Of a stretch of DNA of 64,000 bases, positions 1-16,504 are shown in pieces; positions within the stretch are counted from its first letter, which is position 1, and the number at the start of each line of letters is the position of its first letter. This stretch comes from Camelus ferus (lineage: Eukaryota): NCBI RefSeq assembly GCF_009834535.1, contig NC_045711.1, forward strand, positions 12,028,001 to 12,092,000, given 5' to 3'. A model generated the notes under the pieces. The model saw nothing but the letters and a program-made list of their open reading frames with translations, had not been told where the DNA came from and made no database searches. The position numbers and the translations under genes were made by a program.

Positions 1-769
1 CATGACGCAATCCCCAGGGGCCCTTCCAGTTGCTGGAGCCTAGTAAGGCTACAGAAAGCGGCCACCAGGATCTGGAGCCCCTCCCCTTTAAGGGGAGCCC
101 GCAAGTGGCAGGGATCCAGCAGCCACACCACCACCGTGCAGACACCCCGTATGACCTCGCCAATTAGGAGTCCCCGAAGGGCGTGGTACTCCCAGCAGGC
201 ACCCGGCCACCAGAGCATGATGGCCGGCCTACCTAGACTTGGTGTCCTAGTGCTGGATAACAGAGGGCATCCCTCCCCGCGGTAGTCCAAGGTGCCCTTT
301 CCCAAGACGAGCTGCTGGGCCCCGGCCGCCTTGCCCAAGTCCTGGCTCAGCACGTGGTCAGAGAAGGCTGAGAAGCCAACCTTGGCCCAGAGGTGGTGCC
401 CTCGGGCCAGTGGGGTGAGAGGGTGCCCGGGGGCTCGCGTTTCAGAGGCTGCCAGGGCTGGTGCCGCTGACGCCCCCTGAAACTGGACTCGCCTTCCCCA
501 CCTCCCCTTCTCCTGTTTCACTGTCCCGGCCCAGCAGCTGCAGGCGCACCCATCCGCCAGGAGCTGGGCGAACCTAAGGAGGGAGACACACAACACAGGC
601 GCCGATGGGGGTGGCTGCCTAGCTCAAACTGTCCCGCTCCCGTCGGCGAAGCTTCCTCTGGAGACGCAGAGAGTACAGCACATAGAAAGCTAGAGAGCCC
701 CCACCCAACGCCATTTTGGAGACTCACGCTCCTTCTCTCAACTTCGAACAATGTAAAGTCAGCTGGAAG

Positions 770-3925
<3,156 letters not shown>

Positions 3926-4501
3926 AGTTGAGCTGGCTACTGAAAGTACATTCCATGTTTCATTCACCCACCCAACCTCAGGGCCCTTCTCATCTTAACC
4001 AGCCTGCTGGTGTGACCATTCCCCATCCTTCTGCAGTTGCAACTTTAGTAGAAATGCTTGGTTGTCCCAAATCCTTAGGATAGGAGTAGAGATTTTCAGG
4101 CTGACATTTTGACATCTATTGTGTGCTGTCCGGTGTATTACTATTGACTTGTTAAGTCATTTGGCTGAGATTCTTCCTTTAGTAGAAGTTTATAGCTACT
4201 TAACTATTCCAGGCAAAAGTCTTACCCTGTCCTCCCATCTCCCCACTTCCCTTCTGGCCCTAGAGGACAGAGCCTGGACAGTGGAAGGGACTAGGCATTT
4301 GTGGCTGCCTCCCTTCCCCAGCCCAACCCAGACTGTCTCCTGGACCCTGGTGTAGGGTTCGGGGGCAGGGGGAGGGGGACAGAAAAATGACTCAGGCAGG
4401 GCCCCAGGGTTGGGTGAGGAGGTTCCTGCTCTGGCAGGTCCAGGCAGAAGGGAGTGGAAACCATGCTGGTTCCTGCTGCAGTGAAGAGGAACAGATGGGA
4501 C

Positions 4502-4507
4502 AATAAA
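4502..4507 (+). terminator. MPDU1 polyadenylation signal AATAAA
   Basis: Canonical hexamer about 580 nt after the stop codon, followed by GT-rich sequence at about 4540-4570. Confidence 0.7.
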
Positions 4508-4522
4508 GACTCAGAGACATGG

Positions 4523-4528
4523 TTTAAT
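4523..4528 (-). terminator. SOX15 polyadenylation signal ATTAAA
   Basis: TTTAAT on the plus strand, about 200 nt downstream of the SOX15 stop codon. Confidence 0.6.
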
Positions 4529-4724
4529 CATACAAAACTGTGTTTGGCCTACAAAAATATAAGTGTTGTGTTCCCCTGGAGTTTGGGGGTTTGAGGGGGT
4601 ACTGCCCACCTCCTCTGGACTGTGGTCAACAGTTCTAAAAAAGGGTTTGCAGCCTGGGGTGGAGGGTGGTTCTGGGTGGAAAAGGAGGATGGAAACCTTT
4701 CTGGGAGGCCCATGTCCATGAGGG

Positions 4725-6085
4725 TTAGAGGTGGGTTAGGGGCGTGGGGGCCCCTGTGAGGGGAGGGTTGTACAGAGTGGGAGAGCCTGGGGGTAGGTAG
4801 GGGTTGTAGGCGGGGAGCAGCTCCCCCTGGAGCCTAGGGTTACTCTGAGGGAGAGAGCACGGCGAGGGGGCCTCCGGTTTACAGTGGGAAGAGCTGCAAA
4901 GAGAAATACTAGGGTTAGAAGGTTCTTGCTTCTTTGGGAGGGAGGTGCCAAGCAGGGTCCCCAACTCTCATGTTGGGGTGGGTCTGACCAGTTCTGTGCA
5001 GAGGCAGAACCTGTCATCCATTTACATATCCCTGGCTATCCGGGCCCTACTGGGTACCGCAGGTCGGGAACCGGATCTCAGGATGGCTTAAAGCAGCCCT
5101 GCCACGGCCGTGTTCGGGCACGCTCAAGAGCGAGCTTGCGTGCTGCGCGCCTGTTTTCCTCTTTTGGGGCGGCAGGCCAGGAAGGGGCAGAGTTGGGCTT
5201 GGCCTGTCCTTGCCCCGGGGGCTGGGAGAGGAAGCGGGGTCACACGAGGGCCAGAAAGGGGGTTGGGGGGTGGATTCAGGTAACTAGAACACGTCACATC
5301 CAGGGGGCTGTGGTCTGCTCCTGCGGGGCCAACACTGCCCAACTGAGATGAAAACCTCCTGGCCCCCTGGAGCCCTCCCACTCTCCACAGGTCGTCCCCT
5401 AAACGCCTCCGGGATCACCCGTTGCTTGGGTAGGCTCAGGGCCTCTGCCAGCCAGGCCCTCTGGTATTCCCCCCCACCCCCCCACCCCGGCTCCAGGAGG
5501 TGGGGGGCGCGGCGCACAAGCGCCTCCGTCCTCATCCCACGCCCTGGGCACTTACCTGTAACCGCCAGGCAGGTAAGCTGTCGAGTAGTTGGGGGGTTGG
5601 TACCCAAAGCCTCTGCTCCCCTGCGTGGTCGCGTACCCAGTCGCCCAGACGGGCCCGCCACCAGCCACGCTGCCGCTTCCCTGATCGAAGTAGGGGGACC
5701 TGGCGCACGAGCTCTTGGTCTTGCGCCGGGGCCGGTATTTGTAGTCGGGGTAGTCGCGCAGGTGCCGGGCCCGGAGCCGTTTAGCTTCTTCCACGAAGGG
5801 CCGCTTCTCTTCCTCGCCCAGCAGCTTCCACTGCGCGCCCAGGCGCTTGGAGATCTCCGAGTTGTGCATCTTCGGGTTCTGCTGCGCCATCTGGCGGCGC
5901 TGGGCGGAGCTCCACACCATGAACGCGTTCATGGGTCGCTTCACCTTCTCCAAGGGAAGCCCCCGGGATACTATCGGGCTCCCGGCGCTCTCCTGCTCCT
6001 GGGAGCCCGAGGACAAGGAGGTAGGGGCCGTGGGAGCGGGAGGTTCCAGGCTCCAGGCCTGGTCCTGTGAGCCAGGTAGCGCCAT
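4725..6085 (-). CDS. SOX15: SRY-box transcription factor 15, 232 aa, 2 exons
   Basis: Exons 6085-5556 and 4893-4725 (AG|GTAAGT donor, TTTGCAG acceptor). HMG box [37 protein letters not shown]...[11 protein letters not shown]; C-terminus PLTHL*. Confidence 0.97.
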
Positions 6086-7699
6086 GAGGAGGGTGGAGGG
6101 AAGCTTTAAGAGGGCGTCCTACACGCCCTCCCCTCCAAAGTGAAACGTCGATTCCCAAACCCACTATCCTTAAAATGGAAGTGCCTTCCTAGTCCGGAGT
6201 CGTTACAGAGAAACTCGTCTTCTTATAAAGTATATATATCGTCCCCTAGTTCAGAGTCCTTATAACCGAGCCCCTGCGCCCAAACGACCCGACACCCTTT
6301 TGGGAAGTCGAGCGCAAAATCCGCTGTCTAGTACCCGGTCCTGGGCAGGTGTGCTCTCCTTTCCTTGTTGCCACTGGATCTCCGACCCAGACCGGCTGCC
6401 CCTACCTGCTGCCGGCCACCGGCCCGGCCTTCGGTGGAGGCAGTAAACCTTCACGCTGCCTGGAGTCCCGCAGCCGCCGGAGTCCCTGCAGCCACCAGTA
6501 GGCAAATCCCAGGTGCCACAGCGCTTTCTCACCTGGCCTCGGCGTCTGCGGCGGCGGGTGAGCCAGGCCCGGGAACAGCTTTTAAAGACTGACTCCTCCC
6601 ACTCCCTCCCAGTCAACCGCGCCTCCTTAAGGGCGCCAACATCCCCCTCCCTTAGGCAAACTCAGATGTCCTGTTCCTCCCAGCCCCCAACGCTCCTCCT
6701 AGGGGCACCACGCCCCCTCCCCACCCAAGACCCAGAAGTCAGGCCTTCCAGCCCCAGTAGCTCTGAGCAGTTTCCCCTCCCTTCTTAAGCGTCGGCAATT
6801 TAAAGTCAATGACTTTGCACAACGGGATCAAGCACAAGGGGATCAAAAGCCCTCAGGGTCTGAGTTGTGCTGGGAGGAAGATGGGAACACCCAAACCCCC
6901 AACCCAATCCGTTTTTTGCTGCCTAAAGCTCTTCAAACCCCCCACCTACCCCAGGGCAAAAAGTCAGGCAGTCAGAGGGAGGTAGGCAGGCCATTTTTGT
7001 TTCCTGAGTCATCCCAACAGGTGCTTGGGTGGTGATTCAACCCCTTTCCAGGTGAGAAAATTTAAACCCTCCTAACTACAGCCCCTAAACCTAGGTTTCT
7101 CCACCACAAAAGGTTTTATCTCCAAACCTTACAGTCAGGAGGAGGCAGGGAGCAAGGAACCCCAGGGTAACTCCTGAGGCTGAGAGGTCAGTGATGCAGC
7201 TGCTGGAGAAAAGGCCTGGATCCAGAGCAGAGAACCAGCAGGAATGAGGGCTGGACACCTACATCCCAGGGGCTGTCGTGAGGGAACCCTGCTCCCCACT
7301 CTGCCCAAGGCCCAGCCCAAGCCCCAGGCCTCAGGTAATCGGATTAAGCTGCCTGCCTTGGCTCTCAGCACTTAGCAGGAACAGGTCCAGCTTCAAGCAG
7401 TCCTACCAACACTGCTGTGACTCAGGGTATAGGAGTGGCCCAGCTCCCTCTACCAGCAAACCTGGGGGAGGGGAGAAGCAACAAGGCACAAGCCACACTC
7501 CTCTAGACCAGGCAGGTACCTGTACCTGGGGAATTTAGGAATGTCAGAAATTCCCACAAGTAGACCATCTCAGGAATGCTAAAGAAGCCAGGTATGGAGA
7601 TACAGGAAAAAAGGGCCAGGGCAGGTCAGTCCTACAGAAACAGATGGGGCACACTGGGCACAAAGAAGGTGCAGGAACCAGAAAGCCATTTGGATTTTT

Positions 7700-7705
7700 T
7701 TTATT
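7700..7705 (-). terminator. FXR2 polyadenylation signal AATAAA
   Basis: TTTATT on the plus strand, about 590 nt after the FXR2 stop codon. Confidence 0.65.
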
Positions 7706-8069
7706 CTCTTTTTAAATACTGTACAGTGAAAAATAAATACGCCTTCTCATCCACCAGACAAGGTTGGTCCCCCCTCCCCTGGGGGACCTTGTCACCCCCC
7801 TTCATACACACCCCTGGTTCTACTCCAAAACCTTCCCCATGCCTCCCACCCACTTATACCCTTACTATCCCCGTCTTCCACAGTGATGAGGCCCCAGAAA
7901 TGGGGGGTACAGGACGGGAGGAGGGATAGCAGGGGAGCCCCCCTGAACTGTCAAATCTGGGTGGGTCAAGGAGCACCCCGCACCAACAGGCGGAGAATGG
8001 GGGTGTTCAGAGAGAGATTGGGGCATTAGAGGATAAAGGCACATCCAGTCTGATGGGGAAGGAGAGAGG

Positions 8070-8282
8070 NNNNNNNNNNNNNNNNNNNNNNNNNNNNNNN
8101 NNNNNNNNNNNNNNNNNNNNNNNNNNNNNNNNNNNNNNNNNNNNNNNNNNNNNNNNNNNNNNNNNNNNNNNNNNNNNNNNNNNNNNNNNNNNNNNNNNNN
8201 NNNNNNNNNNNNNNNNNNNNNNNNNNNNNNNNNNNNNNNNNNNNNNNNNNNNNNNNNNNNNNNNNNNNNNNNNNNNNNNNNN
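8070..8282. other. Assembly gap (213 N) in the FXR2 3' UTR
   Basis: Run of N immediately after the FXR2 stop codon. Confidence 0.99.
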
Positions 8283-8290
8283 TGGAGGGT

Positions 8291-11200
8291 TTATGAAACC
8301 CCATTCACCAAACCACCCAACTCCAGAGGGGCAGAGAGCTCCCCATTCTCTGAGGGGCCCTTAGGAAGCTTGCTGACAGAGTCACCCTGAGAGGGAAGTG
8401 GGAAAGAAAATGGAGAGGAAGAAAAGAAAATGATCAGTAGAAATTCAGGTAATGACATTCCCTATCACCTAGGTGCTCTAAGGCATCTGGTCATCCAGGG
8501 GTTAGTCCCCTGATGTGACTAGTCACTTTTACTGGAATCCAGAAAATATGAACCAAACTTTCCTTTCTCTTCTATTCAGACTTTCCACTATTCTAAATGC
8601 AGTCTAAAACTCCATCGGACATGCCCTCTCTGCAATTTCATAAGAGATTTCTTTGGGAATTTTCTTACGTCCCCTGCCCCAGAATAACAAAAAAGGCGTT
8701 GAGGTAAACTACATATTGCTTTCCTACCTTCTGTCCTGAAAGAGAGTCCTCTGAAGGTTTAGTGCGTTCTAGGGGTGGCCGCTGGCGGCTCTGAGACTCT
8801 GCTCGGGAGATATAGTCAGCCACAGTCACTGGAAAAGGCAGAGGACCAAGAGTTTCAGAAGGAACCCAGGTATCCAGCCCCTAGACACTCACTGAACCCC
8901 AACCCCTAGTTTTCACAGGATAGGAAGCATCCTGTTCTCTGAGGAAGGACGCTGACATCCAGTGTTAGCTGACCTGGTTGACGGTCTCCACTGATAGAAC
9001 CATCAGTCCGATTACCACGGTTACGGCGGCGGCGGCTCCGATTACGACGCTGGGGTCTTGACTCATCTTCTGTGGGGCAGGGAAAAACGAGAGCTGTGCA
9101 TCAATCTCCCATCCCTCAATTCTTGCCCAACTCTAATTTTTCAGACCCAGGTACACCCTTTACCCAGGCCATTCTCTGTCATGCTGGGCCCGTCAGATTC
9201 CAGGCCTCCGTCCATGACAGTTCTGTCTTCATCAGTGCGGCGGCGGCGGGAGCGACGACGCCTGGCACTTGCTGGGGGGGGTTCCCCAGGCTCTGAATCA
9301 ACTGGGGGCTCTGGTTCAGACGTGTCCAGTAGGCTGTAGGGATTACTGTCTGGATCCTTCAGCACTGGTCAGAGGAAGAAGAGGAGGTGGGAGTCAGGTG
9401 TCCATCATCTTTCCTTTTACCCCACATTTATGAACCCAGCTGTCTGCTTCTGGTACCTGAGCTAATAGATGAAGAGTTGTATCTTGAGGTGGGCCGGGGG
9501 GCAGGTGGGGGTCCCCTACCCCGGCCCCCAATCGGCCGCCTACGGCTTTCTTCCCCCCGAGTCGGGGGATCCCGGTCGCCAGGCCCAGCTCGGTTGGGCT
9601 CCTCCCTCTTCTCTGACTCGGTCTCAGAAGCTGTGGATGGGTCTGAGCTGGGGCCTGAAGAACACAGTGAGGGTCAATCAGAGTCTCTCACCCTACCCCA
9701 GGATCCATCACAGCCCCCGAACTGGAAGACTCTCCCCTTCACTCCTAAGTCCCCCCCCCAATCACTTCTTCATCAACTACATCACCCTTTCCACAGTCTT
9801 CCACCCAGACCTCTGCCTCCCACACACCACACCACTGCTCGCCTCCCCTTTCCACAGCTCTCACCATAGGCAGGACCACCTGTCCTCCGGCCCCGGCCGC
9901 GGCCCCCATAGCTGCCCCCATAGGTTCGCGTGGTGTGGAGGGAGGAGGAGGAGCTCTCATCAGTGGTATATCCAGCCTTGTCACTGCCACCGCTGCCCCG
10001 CCCACTCCCAGGAGGACGGAAGCCCAGCCCAATCTGCCGAAGCTGTTCATCAATTTGCAGCCTCTCCAAGCGAAGCTGCTCCACCTCCTGGTGGGGCAGA
10101 AGATGGAGAAAGACATGCAAGGAGGAATAAATATAAGATCAATGAACAGTCTCTTTTCATGAGTCTCTGCCCTGACTGTCCCTACATATCTGAACTCTCA
10201 AGAATACAAGACTTAAAACAGAAAATTCTGGGATCCAACCCCACAGCCCCAGATTTCCACCCAATGGTTTCTATTCTACTCAGAGACACAAACTGGGAAC
10301 CACCACTTTTAACTCTATCCAACAGCATTCTTAGTCCCCTTGTACACGTGGATCTTTCCTATTTCAGGCTTTCAGCGTGGGTACCTGCAGGTAGGAGAGG
10401 TGATATTCCAGCAGAGCCTGAGCATTGCTGATATTCTCTCGGGTGCCAACAAATATGAAAGGAACCATTCCCTGGAAAGCAGAGGGAAGGACAGATGGAT
10501 TAGAAAAAGTCAAAGGAAGTATTAGGCCCACCCTTTCTCCTACAGAAGCCCACCCAAATGGGATCTTTCTGGTTTCTACATCTACCAGGGGAAACCAAAG
10601 TGACCATGCCCCAACCCCTAGGAATCCCAGCCCTCAGAAAATGGCTTGGAGAATAAGCCCATCTACTTCTGGAAACCAATCTCTAGGTGTTTATGTCTCA
10701 TACCTCCTCCCTGGGGTTCTTCTTATCATTGTCACCTTCTACTCGAACCCTCACCACACCAGATTTATCCACAATCTCCTGGATCACTTTCCCATTCTTT
10801 CCAATCACTTTGCCTGAATGGGTAAAGGAGGAATTAGGCCTTTTAGAAGAAAGAGAGAAGAGTAAAAACAGACAAGATAAACAGTCTTCCAGCTTCTATA
10901 TAAGGATTCTGTTAAATGAGTCTCCTGCCTCCAGGCTTCTGATGTGTTCTCACAGGACAAAATATTACAGTCCCTAGAAATTTGTTCTCCCATTTTTGTC
11001 ACTCCTACTTCAGACTCTGTCCTTATGAAAATGGAAGTTTGCAGGGAGGTGTCAAGCCCAGAATCACTTTAGAGAATCTCACATCTGCCCCCCAACTGTA
11101 TTCTCCTATATACATACACATCCTCAACTCACCAACCAGGTTCCTGGGCACTTGCACAGAGTCCTCAGAAAACTCAAGGTAGCTCCGGGCCTGTCGGCAT

Positions 11201-14200
11201 GCCTCGGGAGTCTAAGAGAAGAGGAGTGGGGAGTCATTAATAAAACAAAAGGACCTGGATCTTAAATAGTGATCTTCCTGCCACTCTGTCTTTGGGAAAA
11301 CGTGCTACCACCAAAGTCAGGGAGGGAGGCCAACATGACAGATTTCCTTCCTACTTTATACTCTCTTCTCTCTACCCCTAAGAGACCTAGACAACAGTTA
11401 TCTTTTGCTGACCTCCCCATAGATGCGGAAAGTGCAGGTCTCTTCACCCAATTCAATGGCAGTCACACCAGGTACTTTCCGGGCCTGCTGGATGTTGGCA
11501 CCATGAGTCCCGATTGCCAGTCCCATCAGGTCCTCTCGCACTGTGAACTCCTCTTGGAAAGCTGCCGCCAGCTGCTTACTTGTCTGAAAGAAAAAGGCAC
11601 TGGACTGGAGGAATCATGGTGGTGAAATCTCAGAACACTGTCCCAGGTACCTGATGTGTAACTTCAAGAAGAAAAAAATGTGTGAAAGAAAGCCAGAACT
11701 ACCTGGCTGACCTAGAGTCTGATGACCACTATGACCCGTGTGAAGAGTTCAGGAACTTTTCTCTCCAACCTTCCAAATACCAATGGCTTGGAGGGGAGAG
11801 GAGGAAATGAGGTAGAGTTTGGGCTGGCAGCCACCAAAGCTCCAGATTTGGCTTTAATACAATCTGGTTGTGTGATCCCAAACAAAACACACTCTCTGTG
11901 CCTCTGTTCTGTCAGGTGCTAAATGATGACACCTGACCTACCCCATCCCAGGCTATCAAGAGGATTAAATAAGGTTGGTGCGGAAGAAAAAACTTTTCAC
12001 AAGGCAAATGCAAGTGTAAGGAATTATTTACCTTTATCAAACTAATATCAACTCCCAAAATAAAACCCGAAAAGTTGAGTAGAAAGCAAGGAGTTAAGAA
12101 AAGCATATAAGGAAGTTACAGAACCCCATACCACCACTGTTTCTCAACCAGTCCTTAGAGGGATACCTGAGTACAAGAGCAGGAAAAGGGAAAGGTTCTC
12201 GAAAAGTGAGTCCTAGGTAGGAAGCATTAAATAGGAAAATTATCTGAAAGGGGACACTGCCAGATCGCAATTCACTACTTTCTACTTCCAAGATGGATGG
12301 GGCTGAGCTAGGCAAGAAGAAAAAGCTGGAAAAAGGAACTATGTTGAGTGTTCAAAATAACTGAGGGAGGGAGGGGAGAGGATCTAGAATGATTTACAAA
12401 TGTCTTCTAGAGAAATTTGCCAAGAGTTTTCTTTCTTAAACTGCATGATGGGTACAAAGGTGACTTGTACCCAACTTGTACCCATATCCCTATTCTTAAA
12501 ACTTTGCATCTGTGGTTACTTTAGTTCTCTGGGATTCTTTACCACACAGATCAATACAGCCAAGTCGTAGGAGAGAATACTCTACATCACCAAGAAATCT
12601 GCTTGTTGGGAACTGGAGCAGATTATCTGGGAGTAATGGTGAATTTTTAACTGCCAGTGCCCTGAATAGCATCCCTGGAGAAGTGAGAGATTACCATGGT
12701 TCAGAATTTGCACAGGCTCCCAAAAAGATCAGTTCACTTAAAAAGGAACTGGATGTTCAAATACACACACATACACACACACCCTACTCATTTAGAATGG
12801 TATAATACCTACAGAAATCTGACCATCATAAGATGTCAGAACTCAGAAAGATCTTGTAGAGACATTCTAGTTTAACTAGCTCATTGTCACAGATAAAGAA
12901 GAGAAAGTTCAGTGAAATCAGATTATTTGCCAAGGTCAATTATTTGATAAAGAAAGATTTAGGATTTCAAGTTCAGTGGTCTTTCCAATGTATAAATGAT
13001 TCTCAAATATATCCACAAAGCGGCTTGGTTCCCAGAGGTAATTTGGGGGAGGCTAGTGGAGGTAAGAGCCACACCTTCTTCCACTTTTAGACAGAGCTGC
13101 TCTGACTGATCCGTTTTATGCATTGTGCTTTCAAGTAAAATTTCACTTGATCAAAGGGTCCTACAGCTAAAAAAAAAAAAAAGTGTATACTAAAACATGA
13201 TGGAGCTCTGCCATCTGGAGTCGAGGAGTCTGGAATAAAATAGCAGACCTAGGTTTAATGGCCCACAAAGATCTTAACCCCTTTGTTCTGTAAAGACAAG
13301 AGCATGGGTAGAGGATGGGGTAGGAGGGAAGGAGGACAATTCTATTCAGCAGTAAAAAGTGGACCCAAAACTTACCTCTAGGTGCTTGGTAGCTTCTTCA
13401 TTGCGGGACATGAGTAACAGTTTGGTGCGCAGGCTTCGGAAATGCATGTCACCCAGCAGGGATGCCCGTTTCACAGGGGCTTCTGTGGTTGACTGGGATG
13501 AAACCAATGGAAAAGTCATTAAAACTGATAGACTATTTATTGGAGAAGAGCCAGGAACTAGGAATCAGGATGCCTGAGTGTCTGGAAAAGGGTGGGAGTT
13601 AAGAAACATAACTGAGGAAAATAATTGTCAGTTTCACAAGGGCCTAACTAGGTGCCTAAGGGAAGTGATTTTAAGCAGCAAGCACAGACAACAATCATAC
13701 TGTCTGTTTTTGAGAGCCCAAATACACAAGGGAAGGTCCCCAGCCCAGACTGCAACATGATGGTCAGGTTAAAAAATAATTAAGGTCATACATGAGGAAA
13801 ATTAAGGAAAGGCAGGGCTGACCTGAGTCTACAGGGGTCAGGAGCAATAAAGTCCTCTTTGACAAATAAATATAAGCACATTTTAGCTCCTCCCTTCCTG
13901 CAAAGTAGTTAACAGGAGACAAGGGTTTAGGTGAAATTCAGGCAGAATACACTCACCGGGGCGGAGGGTGTGGTTCAGTGGAAAAGTGCCTGCATAGCAT
14001 GCACGAGGTCCTGAGTTCAATTCTCAGTACCTCCGTTAAAAATAAATAAATGAACTTAATTACCTCCTCCCCCCCTAAAAAAGCCCATGTGTAAACTCAC
14101 CAGAATGAAGAGCTCACTATTTGTGAAGTTGAGAAAGATGCAGTTTGCTCCCAATGCTTTCTTGAACTCTTTATGGACATTTTCATTGGAGCAGCTGCAA

Positions 14201-15276
14201 AGAAAGAGAACAGTGCTCAGAGGGCAGCTGAAGATTCAGGGGAGAGACAGACTGAGAAAAATAAGAAAAGTGGAAGGACTACAGTAAAAGAACAGGGATG
14301 AGGAAACAGAGGAACTGGGAGCAAAAAGGACTCTAGAGGGCTAAGGGAACAGCACAGTACACTGAACCTGGGAGCGGGGCCTGGGAGAAACGGGTAGAAA
14401 TGAGGTCGGGAGGACAACTCCCGACATCCCAAACACTCACGCCTCTCTCAGATCCTCAGGCACAGCCATGGTAACCTTGAAGAAGCTGCCTTTGGTTGCA
14501 AGGGGATTGGGGTTAACTGGCCGAAGCCGTTCCAGGGTGACAATCTCATTGTAAGTGGCATCACAGGCAGCATATTCAATGACATAGAACTGGCAGAAGG
14601 AAAAAAAGGAGAAGCTGTGGATGACTTGAGCTTCTATCTCCCGCCTTTCTATGACTAAAATGTGTTTCAGTTCTCCAAAGGCCTTCACAATCACTCACAT
14701 CTCCCTTCATCATCCGCACCCGGGCCAGCCACCAGCCACAAGGTTCTTGTTCATTGGCTCGAGAATAAACCTGAGAAGTTGAAAATAAAAGAGATATTGA
14801 GGACCATCCAAAAACATCAAGAATGGAATAAGCACTAAGACACCTGGGAAGTATCCTAAGCCAAGATTTAAAAAAGTGGGGAAGAGCTGTTAAATAAAAT
14901 CAGAGGGCACTGGATTTTAGATACTATCATCATAAATGGAAGAAAAGTGAATCCCTGAAACTGGGAAGCTCCCTGAGAGTCTGGATGATCACAACAGTGA
15001 TGGACAGAGAACTGCTGCATTTCACTCTTCCACAGGCTGCCTGGATGAAGGGAGTAACTTAGCTTGGGAAGGAAGGACAGTGAACCAACCAGTGAGGAGC
15101 CTAGGATGCTGGTATAACGGTAAGGGAGATGCAGACTCCTGGGAAACGTGACATTTATAAAGGGTGGACTCCATGCCCTTACCTCCACCTCATCCCCTTC
15201 TGTGATCTCCTTATTATAGTCAGCTGGAGGTGGGAGCCGGACATCCCCAAAAGGAATCTGTCTCTCACTCTGCCAG
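8291..15276 (-). CDS. FXR2: Fragile X-related protein 2 (Agenet/Tudor, KH, RGG domains); exons 3-17 visible, exons 1-2 in N gaps
   Basis: Exons 15276-15183, 14770-14699, 14589-14441, 14194-14101, 13492-13376, 11583-11413, 11211-11133, 10813-10704, 10471-10385, 10087-9865, 9654-9457, 9364-9164, 9069-8974, 8828-8728, 8386-8291, all GT-AG and in phase, 1888 nt. Adding the human exon 1 and 2 coding lengths (81+53) gives 2022 nt = 673 aa. KH motifs [11 protein letters not shown] and [11 protein letters not shown]. Confidence 0.97.
13958..14082 (+). mobile_element. tRNA-derived SINE (probably camelid Vic-1 family) in FXR2 intron 6
   Basis: A-box-like GGTTCAGTGG, B-box-like GAGTTCAATTC, AATAAATAAA region, C-rich stretch and A tail; same structure as the four other copies. 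Confidence 0.85.
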
Positions 15277-15542
15277 CTGCAAGGGAAACAGTGATATGAA
15301 AGCTATTCAGCTTATGTGGTTGCCCATTTCTTCAGGAAGAGGTTACTTTCTCTACTGGGCATTTTCTCCCTTCCCTGGTGATTAGAAGCTAAACCCCAGG
15401 CCCTGCTCCATAGTGGTGTCATCTATCTCTTGCTTGCATCTAAATACTGGATCAAATGTCCCCTACCCGCACCAAATTTCAGCCCTTTCCTCTCCTGGGA
15501 TCCCACCCAAACCCCTGTCTCTCCCCGACCTATTACATGCCT

Positions 15543-15706
15543 NNNNNNNNNNNNNNNNNNNNNNNNNNNNNNNNNNNNNNNNNNNNNNNNNNNNNNNNNN
15601 NNNNNNNNNNNNNNNNNNNNNNNNNNNNNNNNNNNNNNNNNNNNNNNNNNNNNNNNNNNNNNNNNNNNNNNNNNNNNNNNNNNNNNNNNNNNNNNNNNNN
15701 NNNNNN
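15543..15706. other. Assembly gap (164 N), inferred to hide FXR2 exon 2
   Basis: Exon 2 (GFVKDVHEDSVTIFFENN-like) is not found elsewhere. A minus-strand pyrimidine tract (TGTCACTTTCT) runs into the gap, and the spacing from exon 3 fits a short intron 2. Confidence 0.8.
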
Positions 15707-16504
15707 AGAAAGTGACAATTTACCACCACCGCAGCCATCAAGGGAACAGAGACTTCTGGAGGGCCTTAAATACTCTTGAGTTTTAGATGGGGACACAAGC
15801 AATCTCAAAACAGCCAGACAAAGCTGTACTGGGGAAAGAAAACCAATGTTGAGGTAGCAAGAAAGGAAATATTTATTGGCTTGGAAAGGGATGTGGCAAA
15901 ATCCTGAAATGAGATAGAAATTAAGTTGAAGGGAGAAACATCACCTGCATCAGAATAGCCTGGAAACTAGTGGTCTCCTATGGCTCCCACAGGGACCTCC
16001 CTATCTGTCTGCCTCCTGCTGTGCTGAGCAGCTTGCCAGAGTTCAATTAAAATACCAACAACATTCAGCAAAGCTAAGAATATCCCATGAGACAGTGTGA
16101 GACTGTCCTGGAGCACCTAGAGGACATCAGGATCTGCCAAGACAGAAAAGGGTCTGGCTTCTTAATACAGCAAGAGCCCTGAGCAAACATGGTGCCGGGG
16201 TGCCTGGTCCTAAGAAAATAATCAGAACACTGGAGAAGTTCAAAACTTCGAACACAATTCACAGAAGGAAAAATTGGGATTTAAAAGATGTGAGATTTCT
16301 AAATGTTAGACTAGGATACTGCTGAGATTTCGGAAAGGAAAATAAAATTTGTGGAAGACCCCAATCTTGAGATCTTGACAAAGAGGAACAGGGAAGATTA
16401 AATAGCTGGTCTACCTATTTCCTACATCCTCACTGAGGAAGCCAAAGCTATGTGTTCAATCCTTTGCTCCCAATTTTTCTATCTTCTCTCGCTATTTTTG
16501 ACAT

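Noticed and set aside
5124-6164. Several long ORFs (up to 240 aa) overlapping SOX15 on both strands
   Set aside because: Shadow frames of a GC-rich coding exon and CpG island; no recognisable domain, and starts are mostly non-ATG.
9387-10431. 320-aa and 160-aa plus-strand ORFs
   Set aside because: Antisense to GC-rich FXR2 exons 12-13, crossing introns, with low-complexity composition.
13958-14035. tRNA-like heads with A and B boxes (five copies in the window)
   Set aside because: These are SINEs: they carry non-tRNA tails, A-rich ends and TSDs, and lack a complete cloverleaf.
13951-14100. Second perfect donor G|GTGAGT at 13956 on the far side of the SINE next to FXR2 exon 6
   Set aside because: Its use would read into a TAA within 15 codons. 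It does not form a proper target-site duplication, and nothing indicates it is used.
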